Shown in pieces: positions 62,054 to 64,000 of a stretch of DNA of 64,000 bases. Under the pieces are notes generated by a model that ran no database searches, was not told the origin of the DNA, and was given only the letters and a program-made list of their open reading frames with translations. This DNA comes from Candidatus Dojkabacteria bacterium (GTDB lineage: Bacteria > Patescibacteriota > Dojkabacteria > J137), in NCBI GenBank assembly GCA_030950485.1, contig JAUZRK010000006.1:19975-83974 (forward strand), given 5' to 3'. Numbering within the stretch: position 1 is the stretch's first letter; each line of letters starts with the position of its first letter. A program made the position numbers and the translations under genes.

Positions 62054-63139
62054 TTACCCCAACCACCCTGCATAAGCTGCAATAACATACCCAACATAAG
62101 TCGCGATCAAAATTCCACCTACTAATCTACCAGCTCTAAACTTCTGTGAAGCTAAAAGCAGTAAAACCATAACTACTGTTGCGAATAATAAAAGAACAGA
62201 TGAGTTAACATTCTCCGCATCAATATCTTCCATATCTCCATTAATCAAAGTATAAATAAACAAAGGTAGACCTAAACTCATAAATATATCAAAAATATTA
62301 CTACCAATCGCATTACTTATAGCCATATCTCCACGACCCTCTTTTACAACTATCGCAGATCCAATCATTTCAGGAACTGAGGTTCCACCAGCAAGTATAG
62401 TAAGAGCAACGATACTACTCGGAACTCCTAACCCTACAGCGAAAGCTTCTCCACCAATAACTAACCAATAACTAGCAAATGCTATTAAAGCTAAAGAAAT
62501 TATAAATACAGGAATTGTCCATTTTTTCTTCTTCTCAACATCAGGAATTCTTTTTAAGAACATGTCTATCGGAAAGCATATTTTATTTAGAATTAAAACA
62601 TATTTATTGCTTTTCTCTCCTTTCTCCAGGTCTTTTTCTACTAATTCAATAGGATCGGGATCGCCCATATCATCTACCTTTTTAGTCCATATAATTAACA
62701 CCATTAGGTAAATAAAATATCCAAGAACCATTCCTCCGGATTCATAAACAGTTATTTTATTGTCGTGTATTACACCTATCAATACTAAAATACTAATTGA
62801 ATACATTATCCCGTCTCTAACTACAGGCTTCCAATTTAAATAAGAGGTTTTTACAATTGCTGCGAATCCAATTACAACTAATATTTGAAATATAGCTGAA
62901 CCTACAACTGTTCCAAGTCCAGTAGCAGGATTTGCACCTGCAAGAAATAATGCAAAGAGAGTAGTCGACAATTCTGGGGCACTTGTACCAGCTGCCATAA
63001 ATGTAGCTCCAGAAACTGACGGTGAAAGGTTAAAATATTTGGAAATATTATCAAGACTTTTTATAAAAATTTCATCAACTATTTTTGCTAGTGAATAGAA
63101 AGAAATTATTAAAATTACAAATGCAAGAATTGGGTTCAT
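62054..63139 (-). CDS. Ca2+/Na+ (K+) antiporter, CaCA/YrbG family
   Basis: Alpha repeats GATFMAAGTSAPE and LAGGTSVPE; GSAIF and GSNIF. Confidence 0.92.
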   Translation of the reverse strand: MNPILAFVILIISFYSLAKIVDEIFIKSLDNISKYFNLSPSVSGATFMAAGTSAPELSTTLFALFLAGANPATGLGTVVGSAIFQILVVIGFAAIVKTSYLNWKPVVRDGIMYSISILVLIGVIHDNKITVYESGGMVLGYFIYLMVLIIWTKKVDDMGDPDPIELVEKDLEKGEKSNKYVLILNKICFPIDMFLKRIPDVEKKKKWTIPVFIISLALIAFASYWLVIGGEAFAVGLGVPSSIVALTILAGGTSVPEMIGSAIVVKEGRGDMAISNAIGSNIFDIFMSLGLPLFIYTLINGDMEDIDAENVNSSVLLLFATVVMVLLLLASQKFRAGRLVGGILIATYVGYVIAAYAGWLG

Positions 63140-63241
63140 ATTATTTAATCATTAATTTAATATCAAATGTATTCTACAATATGAGAATCAAAAGAACAAA
63201 AGAGATTTTGAGTTACGGGTTATGGGATGTGTATCGAACTC

Positions 63242-63314
63242 CTAGTCTCTAGTCTCTAGTCTCTAGTCTCTAGTCTCTAGTCTCTAGTCTCTAGTCTCTA
63301 GTCTCTAGTCTCTA
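63242..63314. repeat. Heptamer tandem repeat (CTAGTCT) x10.4
   Basis: Perfect array in the divergent intergenic region upstream of the HIT gene. Confidence 0.95.
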
Positions 63315-63349
63315 ACTATATTATAATCTAACTACTTAATCAGAAAATT

Positions 63350-63766
63350 ATGAGTAAAATCAACGAAACTATTTTTACAAAAATTGCTAAAGGAGACATT
63401 CCTTCATTTAAATTGGGAGAAAATGAGAATGCGTTTGCTTTCTTAGATATTAATCCACTAATGCCAGGACATGCACTAGTCATTCCAAAAGTGGCATATC
63501 CTACCCTAATGGATACTCCGGATGATGTATTAGCTGATGTAATTAGACTTACAAAAGAAGTTGCTACTAAAATTAAAGAAAAGCTAAATGCTGATGGGGT
63601 TAATATTCAAAGTTCAAATGGAGTAGAGGCTAATCAAGATATTGAGCATCTACATTTTCATATAGTCCCACGATTTAAAACTGAAAATTTAGATATATGG
63701 GAAGGAATTAAAAAAGCCGACGATATTGAAGAATCTATAGAAGATATTTATAAAAGAATTATTTAA
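63350..63766 (+). CDS. HIT family nucleotide hydrolase
   Basis: AFLDINP..PGHALVIPK; HLHFHIVPR. Confidence 0.93.
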   Translation: MSKINETIFTKIAKGDIPSFKLGENENAFAFLDINPLMPGHALVIPKVAYPTLMDTPDDVLADVIRLTKEVATKIKEKLNADGVNIQSSNGVEANQDIEHLHFHIVPRFKTENLDIWEGIKKADDIEESIEDIYKRII

Positions 63767-64000
63767 ATTTCCTTTAATTGAGATGCGGCTACAGCTTTAT
63801 AAATAGCTGTAACTTGTTGTTTTTCTGATAAATTCAAAAGGTTAAATAGACCTATCCACTCTTGAAAATTATCTGGAGAGTGTAATAAAGTCTCAATATA
63901 AGCTTTCTATTCAGATTTTGTAAATTTTGTCCATTCTGCTTCAATTCCCTTTTTTCTTGCCGAGGTTTTTTTAAATACGCCTTTATACCTATATTTACTA
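63763..64000 (-). CDS. 3' end of an unknown gene running in from the window edge (contains an in-frame TAG)
   Basis: Frame reads ..IEAEWTKFTKSE*KAYIETLLHSP..LKEI*. Confidence 0.3.

Overview
AT-rich bacterial chromosomal window (standard code 11). Gene content and protein style point to a Patescibacteria/CPR organism, most likely Dojkabacteria (WS6); this taxonomy is inference. It holds about 60 CDS and one tRNA-Glu(TTC). No rRNA, CRISPR array, integrase or transposase was seen. Many genes are broken by 1-bp indels in homopolymers, in-frame stops or short deletions (nrdD, an ABC ATPase, an M20 peptidase, an XRE regulator, a secreted dockerin protein, a baeRF3-like gene), so most 'pseudogenes' may be assembly errors. 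Recognisable genes include nrdD/nrdG, pyrD, pyrG, efp, epmA, trhO, lysS, ccdA and dsbA. Best leads: (1) a GxxExxY PD-(D/E)XK gene bracketed by two direct-repeat hairpin elements, within a genome-wide set of REP-like and heptamer repeats at gene ends; (2) an XRE/MmyB-like regulator, alpha/beta hydrolase, acyl-CoA ligase-like enzyme, methyltransferase and membrane histidine kinase in one cluster, resembling a signal-synthase plus receptor (quorum-sensing-like) module; (3) a BlaI/M56 pair with three TACTACA-NN-TRTAGTA boxes upstream of itself, dsbA and trx-ccdA, suggesting an envelope thiol-redox regulon; (4) LysRS fused to a DUF2000-like domain behind a possible attenuator; (5) efp-epmA coupled to a methyltransferase with no epmB nearby; (6) dockerin-bearing secreted proteins, including a GH10 apparently lacking its acid/base Glu; (7) an unannotated toxin-tip-like remnant. 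All family calls come from motif recognition, not database searches.
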